Assembly: GCA_963777605.1 (NCBI GenBank)
Contig: CAVZRV010000031.1
Coordinates: 32,001-96,000 of the forward strand
Direction of reading: 5' to 3'
DNA: 64,000 nucleotides
Source: an uncultured Acidobacteriota bacterium
Lineage (GTDB): Bacteria > Acidobacteriota > UBA6911 > RPQK01 > JAPXNP01
The position numbers and the translations under genes are program-made. The notes under the pieces are model-generated. The model was not told the DNA's origin. It saw only the letters and a program-made list of their open reading frames with translations, and ran no database searches. Of this stretch, positions 1-9,019 are shown in pieces. Each line of letters begins with the position of its first letter. Positions within the stretch are counted from its first letter, which is position 1.

Positions 1-138
1 TCTGAAGGACCTTTGTGTTACAGATCACCAGGCTCGGGCCGTCCAGCGTGTCGAGACCAGTTGGAGCAAACCAGGGTGGCCTTCTCGGCGCGCCGAGAGG
101 TAAGGCCCCCCTTTTGAGCCGGACAGAGGGAGTCCTCC

Positions 139-981
139 ATGCGGACCGCAACACGTCTTTGCCTTCTGATGTCACTCGCGCTTCCGGTCGCCAACTGTTC
201 CCTGGTTCAAGAGGCCGCCCGGCCGGTCGCCCCGGGTCAATTCCGACTGATTCGCCTGCCGGTACTCATTCTTGGGCAGGAGGCGCCCGGGCCGGCTGAG
301 GCGAGGCTCACCCTGTCCATCGGGACCGATGATGAACTGCCTCAAGGCCCTCAGGGCTTTGAAGTCCTTCCTGACGAGAGCATTGTTGTCACCGACCCCC
401 TGGCGCATCGCCTAGCGATTTTCGACGGCCAGGGAGATTTTTTGCGGGCCTTCGACATCGGCTTTGCCGCTGACAGCGTTCGCTTCGAAGACAGCCTGCT
501 CCTGATCCGGCGCGCGTTCACGGGAGAGGAGTACTCACTCGATCTCACGGGAAATCTCCCGCCTCAGCTCCGTGGCCGTGCCCGCGACCTGGCGGGTGGT
601 GACCGGGCACTGATGGTGGAGCCGGGAGTTGGAGAGATCACCCCCAGTTCAGCTCGCGGGCTGGAGCAAGCCTCTTTCCCGGTGCGGATGAATGGGGATG
701 AGAATCCCCTGATCTCACTTCGTTATCTGGGCAGCGATAAAAACGGTTTTCATTATGTTGCCCTGGAGACCGCAGAGGTCGGAGACGCAGTTGAAGTCGC
801 CAAGCGTCTGCGAAAATACGGGCCGAACGGCGAACTGATCGCCGAGGCTCCAGACATTCCCAACGACTACTTTGTGAGTCCGGTTGACGAGTTTCGCCTT
901 CACGGCCAGTCAGTTTTCCACCTGGTCCCACTTCGCAACGAGGTGCGGATCGAAATCTGGGAGACCGGCGATGAGCGCTGA
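139..981 (+). CDS. Exported (probable lipo)protein with NHL-like beta-propeller blades
   Basis: 280 aa; signal peptide ending in lipobox-like PVANC; GPQGFEVLPDESIVVTDPLAHRLAIFD resembles an NHL repeat; GAGGGAG RBS upstream. Confidence 0.65.
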   Translation: MRTATRLCLLMSLALPVANCSLVQEAARPVAPGQFRLIRLPVLILGQEAPGPAEARLTLSIGTDDELPQGPQGFEVLPDESIVVTDPLAHRLAIFDGQGDFLRAFDIGFAADSVRFEDSLLLIRRAFTGEEYSLDLTGNLPPQLRGRARDLAGGDRALMVEPGVGEITPSSARGLEQASFPVRMNGDENPLISLRYLGSDKNGFHYVALETAEVGDAVEVAKRLRKYGPNGELIAEAPDIPNDYFVSPVDEFRLHGQSVFHLVPLRNEVRIEIWETGDER

Positions 982-1025
982 GGCCTCGGACGGACAGACC
1001 CGGCAGGATAAACGGTGAAACCTCG

Positions 1026-1670
1026 ATGAAAGCCATCTCCCGAATCTCGATTATTGCGCTCGCATCCGGGATGCTTTTCACCCTCCGGGGCCAGCCGGTT
1101 CGTGAATTGCCTCCCCTGACACGTGACCAGATCATCAGCACTGCACGCCAGTTCGCGGAACACCGGTGGACCTGCAAAGAGAGAAACCGCCACGCTCCGT
1201 GCGTCCCCAGCGGTTACTCCAGTGACTGGAAGGCCCAAGAGACCGTAACCGGGGTTCCCTACGATTGGGGCGGCATGGACTCGCCCGAAGTCTTCGACAG
1301 AAAGCTGGCTTCGGGTCAGGCGGCCGGCTCTCATTCCAGGCACGGAATTACCGACTGCACTGCGGGCATCGATTGCTCGGGTTTCGTCTGCTTTTGCTGG
1401 GGCCAGCCGGCTGTACACGAGTTTTCGACCCAGACCATTCGGTCCATCTCGGGGCGGCCCCGATACAACTGGTACACGGACATGAAGCCCGGAGATGCCC
1501 TCAATAAGCCCGGCAGCCACGTGGTGTTGTTCGCCGGGTACCGGCCGGATGGGAATCCCATAGTCTTCGAGGCTTCCGGCAGTGCAGGCAGGGTAATTCT
1601 AAACGACTGGAGTACTTGGTCCCGATTCAAGGGCTACTACCCTCTCCAATACAGCAGGGTCGTGCAATGA
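1026..1670 (+). CDS. Secreted NlpC/P60-like cysteine peptidase (putative peptidoglycan hydrolase)
   Basis: GVPYDWGG, GIDCSGFV (catalytic Cys), PGDAL..GSHVVLF (catalytic His), FEASG; N-terminal signal peptide. Confidence 0.8.
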   Translation: MKAISRISIIALASGMLFTLRGQPVRELPPLTRDQIISTARQFAEHRWTCKERNRHAPCVPSGYSSDWKAQETVTGVPYDWGGMDSPEVFDRKLASGQAAGSHSRHGITDCTAGIDCSGFVCFCWGQPAVHEFSTQTIRSISGRPRYNWYTDMKPGDALNKPGSHVVLFAGYRPDGNPIVFEASGSAGRVILNDWSTWSRFKGYYPLQYSRVVQ

Positions 1671-1692
1671 GACTCCCTCCTGGAGGATTAAG

Positions 1693-3738
1693 ATGAGAGC
1701 ATCCTGGCCTACCATCATTCTTTGCCTCACTTGCCTGCTTGTCGGCTGTTCGGACACTACCGGCGTGCCAGATTCTTCGAGTCCTTCGGGCCGCCGGCAG
1801 GAGTTTGGGCAACCGCCAGCCGGCAGCGAAGTCGAGTACGCTGACCCGACCCGACCGGCAACCAAGTGGGCACTGCTAGTGGGGATTAACGAATATCGTT
1901 ATCCTTCCCGGGTGTCTTCCCTGGCCGGCTGCGTCAACGACGTTGAGCTGATGAAGAGCGTGTTGATCGGGAAGTACGAGTACCCTGAAAGCCAAGTCCT
2001 GGTACTAACCAATGAGGCCGCTACCCACCAGGGGATTCTCCATGCATTCAGGGACCACCTGATTCGCAACGCCCAGCGCGATGACGTAGTCATTTTTCAT
2101 TACAGCGGTCACGGTTCGCAAATGCGAGACACTTCCGGGGACGAACTGGACGGCTGGGACGAGACGCTGGTCCCCCATGACAGCCGGGATCCGGAAGGTA
2201 AGGTTTTCGATATCAGCGACGACGAACTCAACACGCTTTTCCTCGAGCTCCAGCAGCGCACGCGAAATATCACGTTCATACTCGACAGCTGCAACTCGGG
2301 TACGGCTCTTCGAGCCGCAGGAAACGTCCGGAGGATCGCCCCTGACGAACGCACGCCGCCGGCTGAGCCTGGCGATTCCGGAACGCGGGGCGTCAGTGAA
2401 GGGTCCAACGATTGGAGGCCGGACAATCTCAACTACACTCTGATTTCGGGATGCCTTGCCGGAGAAAGTTCCTTTGAGCACTGGGCTGACAACCGGGAGC
2501 ACGGTGCCCTAACCTACTTCCTGGCCAGCCAGTTACGACAGGCAAGTCCCCAAAGTACCTACCGCGATGTCATGGATGCGGTCAGTGGAAAGGTCAACGC
2601 CCGCTATCCCGCTCAGCACCCTCAATTGGAGGGCGCGGGCTCGGACAAGGTCATTTTCGGGGACACTACCGTCCTGGCGAGACCCTTTGTCCTCTGCTCT
2701 CCACGGAGCCAGGGCACGGTTGAACTTCAGGCCGGCCAGGCATACGGAGCGACCATTGGCTCGGTTTTTGAGATCTTTGCCCCCGGCACGAAAGACTTCG
2801 GCAACACGGATAATCCCCTTGGCAGGTGCCAGGTGACACAGGTCGGGAATTTTAGTTCCGTCGCGAAACTGTCTACTCCGGTCACCATCCCGAACTTCTC
2901 CCGGGCGGTTGAATGGGATCACAGCTACCCGGAGTTTCGCCTGCGGGTCCATCTCCAGGGACTGGGGAACTCGCCGGCGCTGCGGGGAGTCCGGGAGGAA
3001 CTGGAGCAGTATCACCACCTCGAGTTCCAGCTGCAGCCCCGTGACTACCACGTACTGTTGCGCCAGGCCGGTGCTGAAATTGTCATGGAAGGGGGAGACC
3101 AGACGGAAATTGCACCCCGTACTCCCATCGACGACGCCGATGCTGTGGGGCTCGTGGTCCGCCGAACCCTGGATTGGGCCAAGTGGTTCAATATTCTATC
3201 GATTGCAAACCCGTCTCCGGGTCTCGATGTTCGATTGTCGGTTTCGGAGGCGGAGGGGGACGGAGGACGGGGGACCCCACTCCGCCGGATCGGGGCTCCG
3301 ACGCTCGTGCTGCAAGACGGTCAAGCGTTCGAGTGCAAGGTCGAAAACCGGTCGGACAAGGGCGTCTATCTTTCGATCCTGGATCTGTCCACGGACGGCA
3401 GCGTATCGATGGTGTATCCCCAATCGGGCACCGCCGACTTGCTGGTCCCAAACGGTGTCTGGCAGCGGCGCCTGAACACCTTTGTGCCAGATGGTCGGAG
3501 CTCCGTCAGGGATGTACTGAAAGTGTTCGCGACAACGAGCCCGGTGGACTTCCGATTCCTGCAACGGGACCCAGTGCGAGGGGGAGTCGCGCCGGAGGAG
3601 TTGAGCCGAAGCCTCGGGACGCCCTTGCGACAGCTGATTTCGTCGGTCGCCCTCGGCACGACCCGGAACGTGTCTTCCCCGGTTCCCTTGGGGGACTGGA
3701 GCACTTCCGAGCAGGTGATTGAAGTCAGGCGCGAGTAA
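1693..3738 (+). CDS. Lipoprotein caspase (Peptidase C14 family) with C-terminal DUF4384-like domain
   Basis: Lipobox LLVGC; WALLVGINEY, LAGCVND, HYSGHGSQ (His), LDSCNSG (Cys), GALTYFL, QHPQLEG; C-terminal VYLSILDLSTDGSVSMVYP...LKVFAT; GGAGG RBS. Confidence 0.88.
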   Translation: MRASWPTIILCLTCLLVGCSDTTGVPDSSSPSGRRQEFGQPPAGSEVEYADPTRPATKWALLVGINEYRYPSRVSSLAGCVNDVELMKSVLIGKYEYPESQVLVLTNEAATHQGILHAFRDHLIRNAQRDDVVIFHYSGHGSQMRDTSGDELDGWDETLVPHDSRDPEGKVFDISDDELNTLFLELQQRTRNITFILDSCNSGTALRAAGNVRRIAPDERTPPAEPGDSGTRGVSEGSNDWRPDNLNYTLISGCLAGESSFEHWADNREHGALTYFLASQLRQASPQSTYRDVMDAVSGKVNARYPAQHPQLEGAGSDKVIFGDTTVLARPFVLCSPRSQGTVELQAGQAYGATIGSVFEIFAPGTKDFGNTDNPLGRCQVTQVGNFSSVAKLSTPVTIPNFSRAVEWDHSYPEFRLRVHLQGLGNSPALRGVREELEQYHHLEFQLQPRDYHVLLRQAGAEIVMEGGDQTEIAPRTPIDDADAVGLVVRRTLDWAKWFNILSIANPSPGLDVRLSVSEAEGDGGRGTPLRRIGAPTLVLQDGQAFECKVENRSDKGVYLSILDLSTDGSVSMVYPQSGTADLLVPNGVWQRRLNTFVPDGRSSVRDVLKVFATTSPVDFRFLQRDPVRGGVAPEELSRSLGTPLRQLISSVALGTTRNVSSPVPLGDWSTSEQVIEVRRE

Positions 3739-3885
3739 GCTGATCCCGATGGTGGCCAGGTATGAGATTTTGACGCAGTCGAAAATCGACCCTCTGGGAG
3801 TCTATTTCAAGCGAAAGGCCAAGATGAATTCTGTCATTTCTGGCGTATCCGGGAATTCGCCGACTAAATCGAGGGAGGGCCCAGC

Positions 3886-5931
3886 ATGTCGCTGATCCGA
3901 CTCACAGCCGCATTCACTCTAGTCGCTCTACTGGTCAGCTGCCAGACCACCGACGTTCGGGATCGCGGAGTCGTGCTCAAGCCCGAACCACTTGAGATCA
4001 GCGATTTCGGCACCTTCCGCGCCCTAATCATCGGCATCAACGGTTACAAGCATTGGCCGGTCCTCCAGTTTGCGGAATCGGACGCGCGAGACATCCGGGA
4101 GATATTGATCTCCAGCTACGGTTTCCAGCCTGAGAACGTACTGTCTCTCATCGGGTCGGAGGCGACGGAGAGCCGCATCCTGAACTCACTGAAAAGCCTG
4201 CTGAACCAGGCCACCGGGCAGGACAACATCCTCGTGTATTACGCAGGACACGGTCAACTGGATCCGCTGACTGACACGGGCAACTGGATACCGGTCGACG
4301 GAGAGCTTTACGACGAGTCCTCCTGGATTCCATTTTCCGTCGTTCGAACTCTCGTCACGGCCGAAAAGGTGAAGGCGGGAAGGATCCTGATCATTACCGA
4401 TTCCTGTTACGGTGGAGCGCTGGCTCGCTCCGGGCCGACTCCGGGAAAGCTCAATCCCGAGGACTCCGGTTATATCGAGTCATTGAAGAAAGTGCTTGGC
4501 AAGAAGAGCCGCCAGACCATAGCGTCCGGCGGGTTCGAGCAGGTTCCAGACCGAAGCCATTTTGCTGAGCTGCTGAAGGGCGCCCTCCGAATGAACCCGT
4601 ATCCGGTGATTGACATGGAGTTCATCTTCTACACCGAAGTGTTTCCCCATCTCAGGCTCATCGGGACTCAGTACCCGACTATGGTTCGCATGGTGAACGG
4701 GCCGGAGGAGAACGGACAATTCATTCTCGTCAAGGACGGCGCGACCCTGGATGCGCTGAACAGCGAAGAGGGGGAAACGGACGACAGACCCGATCAGACC
4801 CCGAAAGAGCCGGACGCCAAGACCCAGGCGGACATGGAGTTCTGGAATGAGATCAAGGACTCTTCGGACCCTGAGTTTCTGCAGGAGTACCTCCGTCAGT
4901 TCCCGGACGGGATCTTTGCCCTGATTGCCCAGAAACGCCTGGACGACTTGATTTCACCCGATCAGCCGAGCTTGAGGGTTCCCAAGCTTGTGGGGATGAA
5001 CGTCAAAAGCGCGCTGGACATCCTGGTTGGACTGGGGTTCAAAGAAGGCCGCATCACCACCGAGAACAGCGGAGCGAGCGACGGCACGGTACTTACGCAG
5101 GACCCGGCTCCCGAGTCCCCTGCTGCCGATGGCGCATTGATCAATCTGGTCGTGGCCAAAGCGTCGGAAAAACTCAGAATGCCCCAACTCATCGGCTCCA
5201 GCCGCGCCAAAGTGGCAGACGCACTCGCCAAGTACGGACTGCTCATTGGAAAAGTAGCGTACGTCAGTCCGAAGGAGGCCGGAGTAAAGGAAGCGGGCAT
5301 CGTGGTGAAGCAGTCTCCTGAGCAGGGAATACCGGTCGAACCGAAGACGTCGGTCGACCTCGTTTTCACTCAGTGGGAGTTGACTGTGCCGGACCTGGCC
5401 GATATGCCTGAAGAGCGGGCGGTCGCGCTGATCCAGAAATCCGGCCTGACGGTCGGCGAGATCAAGCGGGTCCAGAAAGGCGAGGTCGGCAAAGTCATCG
5501 GCCAGTCACCCAGGGCCGGAACTCCGGTTGAGCCCGGCGCTGAAATCCTGCTCTATATAGCTTCGGCGTCCCCAGGCAAGTCTCTCGAAGCCATTGCGAA
5601 GTCGAGAAATATCGTCGCCCGGACTCTGAACCCCAGCTTGGCTGCCCCTGGCCTCAACAGCCCATCCAATGGGCAAGTGTTCGGTCACTATCCCCGCAAG
5701 ACTGAATTGAGCTGGAACCCGGTTGGAGGGGCGGTGAGCTATGTTGTTGAAGCCGAGTTTCAATCGGGCTCGGTCTGGCAGCCTCTCTTCACACAGGACG
5801 GCGTCGGGTCTACTCGATACACCTTCAACTTCATCGGAGCCCAGCCAGGTCGATGGAGGGTTTGGGCGATCGACTCGCATGGAAAAGCAGGACAAAGATC
5901 CGGTTGGTGGAGTTTCCGATACACCCGTTAG
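3886..5931 (+). CDS. Lipoprotein caspase with three PASTA domains and C-terminal FN3-like domain
   Basis: Lipobox LLVSC; ALIIGINGY, YYAGHG (His), TDSCYGG (Cys); helical FWNEIK..YLRQFPDG motif; PASTA repeats VPKLVGM..QDPAP, MPQLIG..QSPEQG, VPDLAD..QSPRAG; LSWNPV..SY..RWRVWA. Confidence 0.88.
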   Translation: MSLIRLTAAFTLVALLVSCQTTDVRDRGVVLKPEPLEISDFGTFRALIIGINGYKHWPVLQFAESDARDIREILISSYGFQPENVLSLIGSEATESRILNSLKSLLNQATGQDNILVYYAGHGQLDPLTDTGNWIPVDGELYDESSWIPFSVVRTLVTAEKVKAGRILIITDSCYGGALARSGPTPGKLNPEDSGYIESLKKVLGKKSRQTIASGGFEQVPDRSHFAELLKGALRMNPYPVIDMEFIFYTEVFPHLRLIGTQYPTMVRMVNGPEENGQFILVKDGATLDALNSEEGETDDRPDQTPKEPDAKTQADMEFWNEIKDSSDPEFLQEYLRQFPDGIFALIAQKRLDDLISPDQPSLRVPKLVGMNVKSALDILVGLGFKEGRITTENSGASDGTVLTQDPAPESPAADGALINLVVAKASEKLRMPQLIGSSRAKVADALAKYGLLIGKVAYVSPKEAGVKEAGIVVKQSPEQGIPVEPKTSVDLVFTQWELTVPDLADMPEERAVALIQKSGLTVGEIKRVQKGEVGKVIGQSPRAGTPVEPGAEILLYIASASPGKSLEAIAKSRNIVARTLNPSLAAPGLNSPSNGQVFGHYPRKTELSWNPVGGAVSYVVEAEFQSGSVWQPLFTQDGVGSTRYTFNFIGAQPGRWRVWAIDSHGKAGQRSGWWSFRYTR

Positions 5932-5981
5932 CGGAGAGGAACCACAAGTGAGTCCCCCCAATTTCTAAGGAGATTCAATTC

Positions 5982-6338
5982 ATGAAAAAGAAGCTATCAA
6001 TGGCCGATCACAAGACCCTGTCACTGGTGTCAAGTGTCCTGCTGCTGTGGTCCTTTTCCCAGACCATGGCTGTCCCTCCGCTCTTCTTCCGGCCCGAGCT
6101 GGTCCAACCAGCGGCAACCGTTTGCCCGGGGCCCGCGGAGGGGTTTGAGCTGCTCGTTCAAGACGCAGACGCTGACCGAGGTTGCTGCCAGTGGAAAGAC
6201 TCCAAGGGAAACAAGTGCTCCTATACGAACCGGGGTTACTGCCGCAAGAAGGCTGAAGAACTTCAGGTCCAGTTCGAGTTTCACAAAGACAAGACCTGCC
6301 AGACGGTTGGCGGCTGCCCGGCGGTGACACCCCCTTGA
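5982..6338 (+). CDS. Small secreted cysteine-rich protein
   Basis: AAGGAG RBS; hydrophobic signal; 7 Cys including GCC...C...C...C...C. Confidence 0.65.
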   Translation: MKKKLSMADHKTLSLVSSVLLLWSFSQTMAVPPLFFRPELVQPAATVCPGPAEGFELLVQDADADRGCCQWKDSKGNKCSYTNRGYCRKKAEELQVQFEFHKDKTCQTVGGCPAVTPP

Positions 6339-6570
6339 AGCTCGCTGAACCATCGCGTGAAGTTCTTGTGAGTGAAATTCACGAAATCACGGGACTCTTG
6401 GCTCTGCTGAGGATATAATCGCTCTCAAATATCCAATCCATTCCATCATCAAGTACGGGTTCCAGATAACTTGAAGCCTTCCTGAAGAAAACCCGGGCTG
6501 GTGTCCAGGTTAGATGGTCGGTTTCTGCTGGCCCGACGCACTGCACCATCACGGTGCGAAAGGGGGGACT

Positions 6571-6891
6571 ATGGATTTGGCGAAACTGCTTTCCTGGATC
6601 CCAGGCTGGCTCGGATTCCTCCTGCTCATTCTGGTCGGCCTGGCCATGACGCTCAACGGTGCGGCCAATTCGAACCTCGATTCGGTGAATCGACTCGGCT
6701 TCCTCGTCTTCGGAATCTGCGCGATCTTGATCGGCGTGTTTTCCTGGATTGCCGGGGGCACTTCGAAGGTGAAGGGACGGGAGGGAACGGTCGGAGTCAA
6801 GGTTGCCGCCTCGGATATGCCCTGGTGGGCGTGGCTCGTTGATGTGGGAGTGCTGGTGATTTCCATCCTGATCTTTGTGATCGGACGATGA
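6571..6891 (+). CDS. Small membrane protein (~3 TM)
   Basis: ATG at 6571 after AGGGGGG RBS; three hydrophobic segments. Confidence 0.7.
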   Translation: MDLAKLLSWIPGWLGFLLLILVGLAMTLNGAANSNLDSVNRLGFLVFGICAILIGVFSWIAGGTSKVKGREGTVGVKVAASDMPWWAWLVDVGVLVISILIFVIGR

Positions 6892-6916
6892 TCCCACAGA
6901 TTCCACTGGAGGAGTC

Positions 6917-7738
6917 ATGAAAGAGTTGGTCGTTTTTCTCGTGGTCACGCTCGGCGTACTGATCCCATTCTCTTGCTTCGTTGCCCTTGGCTGGCCTGGA
7001 TCTCCAGATCCGTGTGTGACTGATTCCTCTCCCGAACGATCCAACACCTGCTACTGCGAGGCGTTCAATCCCGACGAGATCGGCGAACCCGGAATTCGAC
7101 AACCATTCAGCACCCTTTCAAACCTCTACTCGATCGTTACCGGGGGAATCCTTGCCGGATTTATCTTCTTCTACCGTTCGCGCGGGTTCCCCCCGGGCTC
7201 CAATCGCATGCGGAGCACTCATTTCTACCCCTTGCTGTACCTCGCTGTCGTGATTTTCCTGGGGCTGGGGAGCATGTGGTTTCACGCCTCACTCGTGCAG
7301 TGGGGAGGGGTTTTCGACAACCTGTCCATGTATGCGTTCGCCAATTTCCTGTGGTTCTACACCCTGGTCAGAATGACCGACAACGACCTGGTTTTCTACA
7401 TCGGATACCCAACGAGTGTTGTTGCCTTTACGATTCTTAACGCCCTCGGAGTCCCCGGTTTCGTGATCGTCGCCGTGGTGGCTGCGGTCTACATTATCCT
7501 CGAACTCTGTATCGCGATCTGGATGCCAATGGTGAGAGCCTCGTGGGACACGGCCCTGGCGATATATCTTCCGGCCTGTCTGTCGTTCCTGACTGCCACG
7601 ATCATTTGGCAGTTAGCTCAGACAGGGGGGCCACTCTGTCGGGAGAAATGGGTGTTCCAGTGGCACGGAGTCTGGCATTGGGGTGCAGGCGCGACAGCGA
7701 TGTTGCTGTACTTCTACTGGCGGAAAGCTCCGCGATAG
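6917..7738 (+). CDS. CREST-superfamily alkaline-ceramidase-like membrane hydrolase
   Basis: YCE..QPFSTLSNL, GSMWFH (SxxxH), DNLSM and WHGVWH (HxxxH) motifs; ~7 TM; GGAGGAG RBS. Confidence 0.8.
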   Translation: MKELVVFLVVTLGVLIPFSCFVALGWPGSPDPCVTDSSPERSNTCYCEAFNPDEIGEPGIRQPFSTLSNLYSIVTGGILAGFIFFYRSRGFPPGSNRMRSTHFYPLLYLAVVIFLGLGSMWFHASLVQWGGVFDNLSMYAFANFLWFYTLVRMTDNDLVFYIGYPTSVVAFTILNALGVPGFVIVAVVAAVYIILELCIAIWMPMVRASWDTALAIYLPACLSFLTATIIWQLAQTGGPLCREKWVFQWHGVWHWGAGATAMLLYFYWRKAPR

Positions 7739-7748
7739 AAAGGCTGGA

Positions 7749-8453
7749 ATGCTGGAGCGACTCCGCCGACCCTTCTTCATCGCCTCCCTCGTCTGCCTGG
7801 TTCTGACGCTCCTGGTGGAACTTGGTTCCTCTGCCCTGCTCGGCCAGGGTGGCTTCGCCGAGCAACTCGATCTGCCGACGCCCGGATATGGAGTCCCCTA
7901 CCTGGCGTTACTTGACGGGCTCCTGCTTCTGACCGTTTCCCTGATCGCACTTGCCCTCTTGCTGCCCGAGCGGGTTCACGGCCGAACCCAGGGAATCGTG
8001 ACTCTTGTTGCCTCTATTCTGATTCTATTCGGTGGGATCAAGGCTGCCATCTCGGCCTTAATCGGCCTGATCCTGATGGTGAGTCTGTTCCTGGCTCCGA
8101 TCTTCGGAACCATCGCCTACATGGCCATGTATTCCCATTTTGACCGTTCGGGAGCGGCCATTGCGTTGAGCATGGCCATGTTCCTGAAGATCCTCTTCGC
8201 CATCCTCCTCGTACTCGGACACCAGCGGTTCCTGGAAAACAAGAGCTTGGTCCTGGTCACGTTGACATCACTCATCGCGACCTGGCTGACTGGTTTTCTT
8301 CACGCCTTCCCGCCAGGAATCCTCGTCAGCATCACCGACGCCCTCGCAGGGCTGATCGTTGCAATCCTCGCGATTATCTGGGCGATTCTCTATCTTCTGT
8401 TCTCGATCTTCTCGGTCATCCGCGTGCTTCGAGTGGATCGAGCGACGGGCTGA
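7749..8453 (+). CDS. Polytopic membrane protein of unknown function
   Basis: ATG at 7749 (MLERLRRPFF), 10 nt after the upstream stop; ~6-7 hydrophobic helices. Confidence 0.75.
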   Translation: MLERLRRPFFIASLVCLVLTLLVELGSSALLGQGGFAEQLDLPTPGYGVPYLALLDGLLLLTVSLIALALLLPERVHGRTQGIVTLVASILILFGGIKAAISALIGLILMVSLFLAPIFGTIAYMAMYSHFDRSGAAIALSMAMFLKILFAILLVLGHQRFLENKSLVLVTLTSLIATWLTGFLHAFPPGILVSITDALAGLIVAILAIIWAILYLLFSIFSVIRVLRVDRATG

Positions 8454-8507
8454 CGAAAACAGTCCAGCGCCCTGCTCAGCAGCAGCGGCGCCATTCCACG
8501 CCGCTGT

Positions 8508-9010
8508 CTACTTGAATCGGATCCGACAGGGATTTGAACCGACACAGTCCAGCATCAGTTGCCCGCCGCCTGAAACCACAATGAAGGAACCGCAACGAGG
8601 ATTGTCGAAAGGGCCCTGGCTCTCTCCCCGGGGCAGTTCCATTTTGCACTTGCCGTCCTCGCATCCGTCGTCCCGGGACATCATCTCCATCAATTGCTGG
8701 TCGCCCGTTCCCTGGACCGTGGCCTCATAGACCGCCTCGACCCGGGAATTCGACTCGAGGCAGAACTTCAGAATCCGCACGGAGCTCTTGCTCGGGGAAC
8801 AATCTTCTCCCAGCCGGCGCCTGCAGAGAGGTCCAGGGGAGCAGCCTGCAGCTGGATCGATGGGCTCAGGGAACTGAACGCATCCCGGACACTGTAGGCC
8901 CATCCCGGAGGAGACACCTTCTCGCCCCTGCCTCCATCCATGAACAGAACGAGCACAAATAGCAGCCCAAGGAGAATCAGCACCAGGCAGACGAGCCGAA
9001 AAGAAGTCAT
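8508..9010 (-). pseudogene. Membrane-anchored Cys-rich protein split by a 1-nt frameshift (or sequencing error)
   Basis: ORF 9010..8768 (N-terminal TM) joins the frame of ORF 8903..8508 if one base is added at the GGGG run 8794-8797 (IVPP-SKSSVRILKFC), giving ~167 aa; last gene of the CIS operon. Confidence 0.55.
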
Positions 9011-9019
9011 TGCAGTGCC

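Noticed and set aside
1693-5931. Both caspases are exactly 681 aa
   Set aside because: Sequences and domain content differ and no DNA-level duplication is visible; treated as coincidence.
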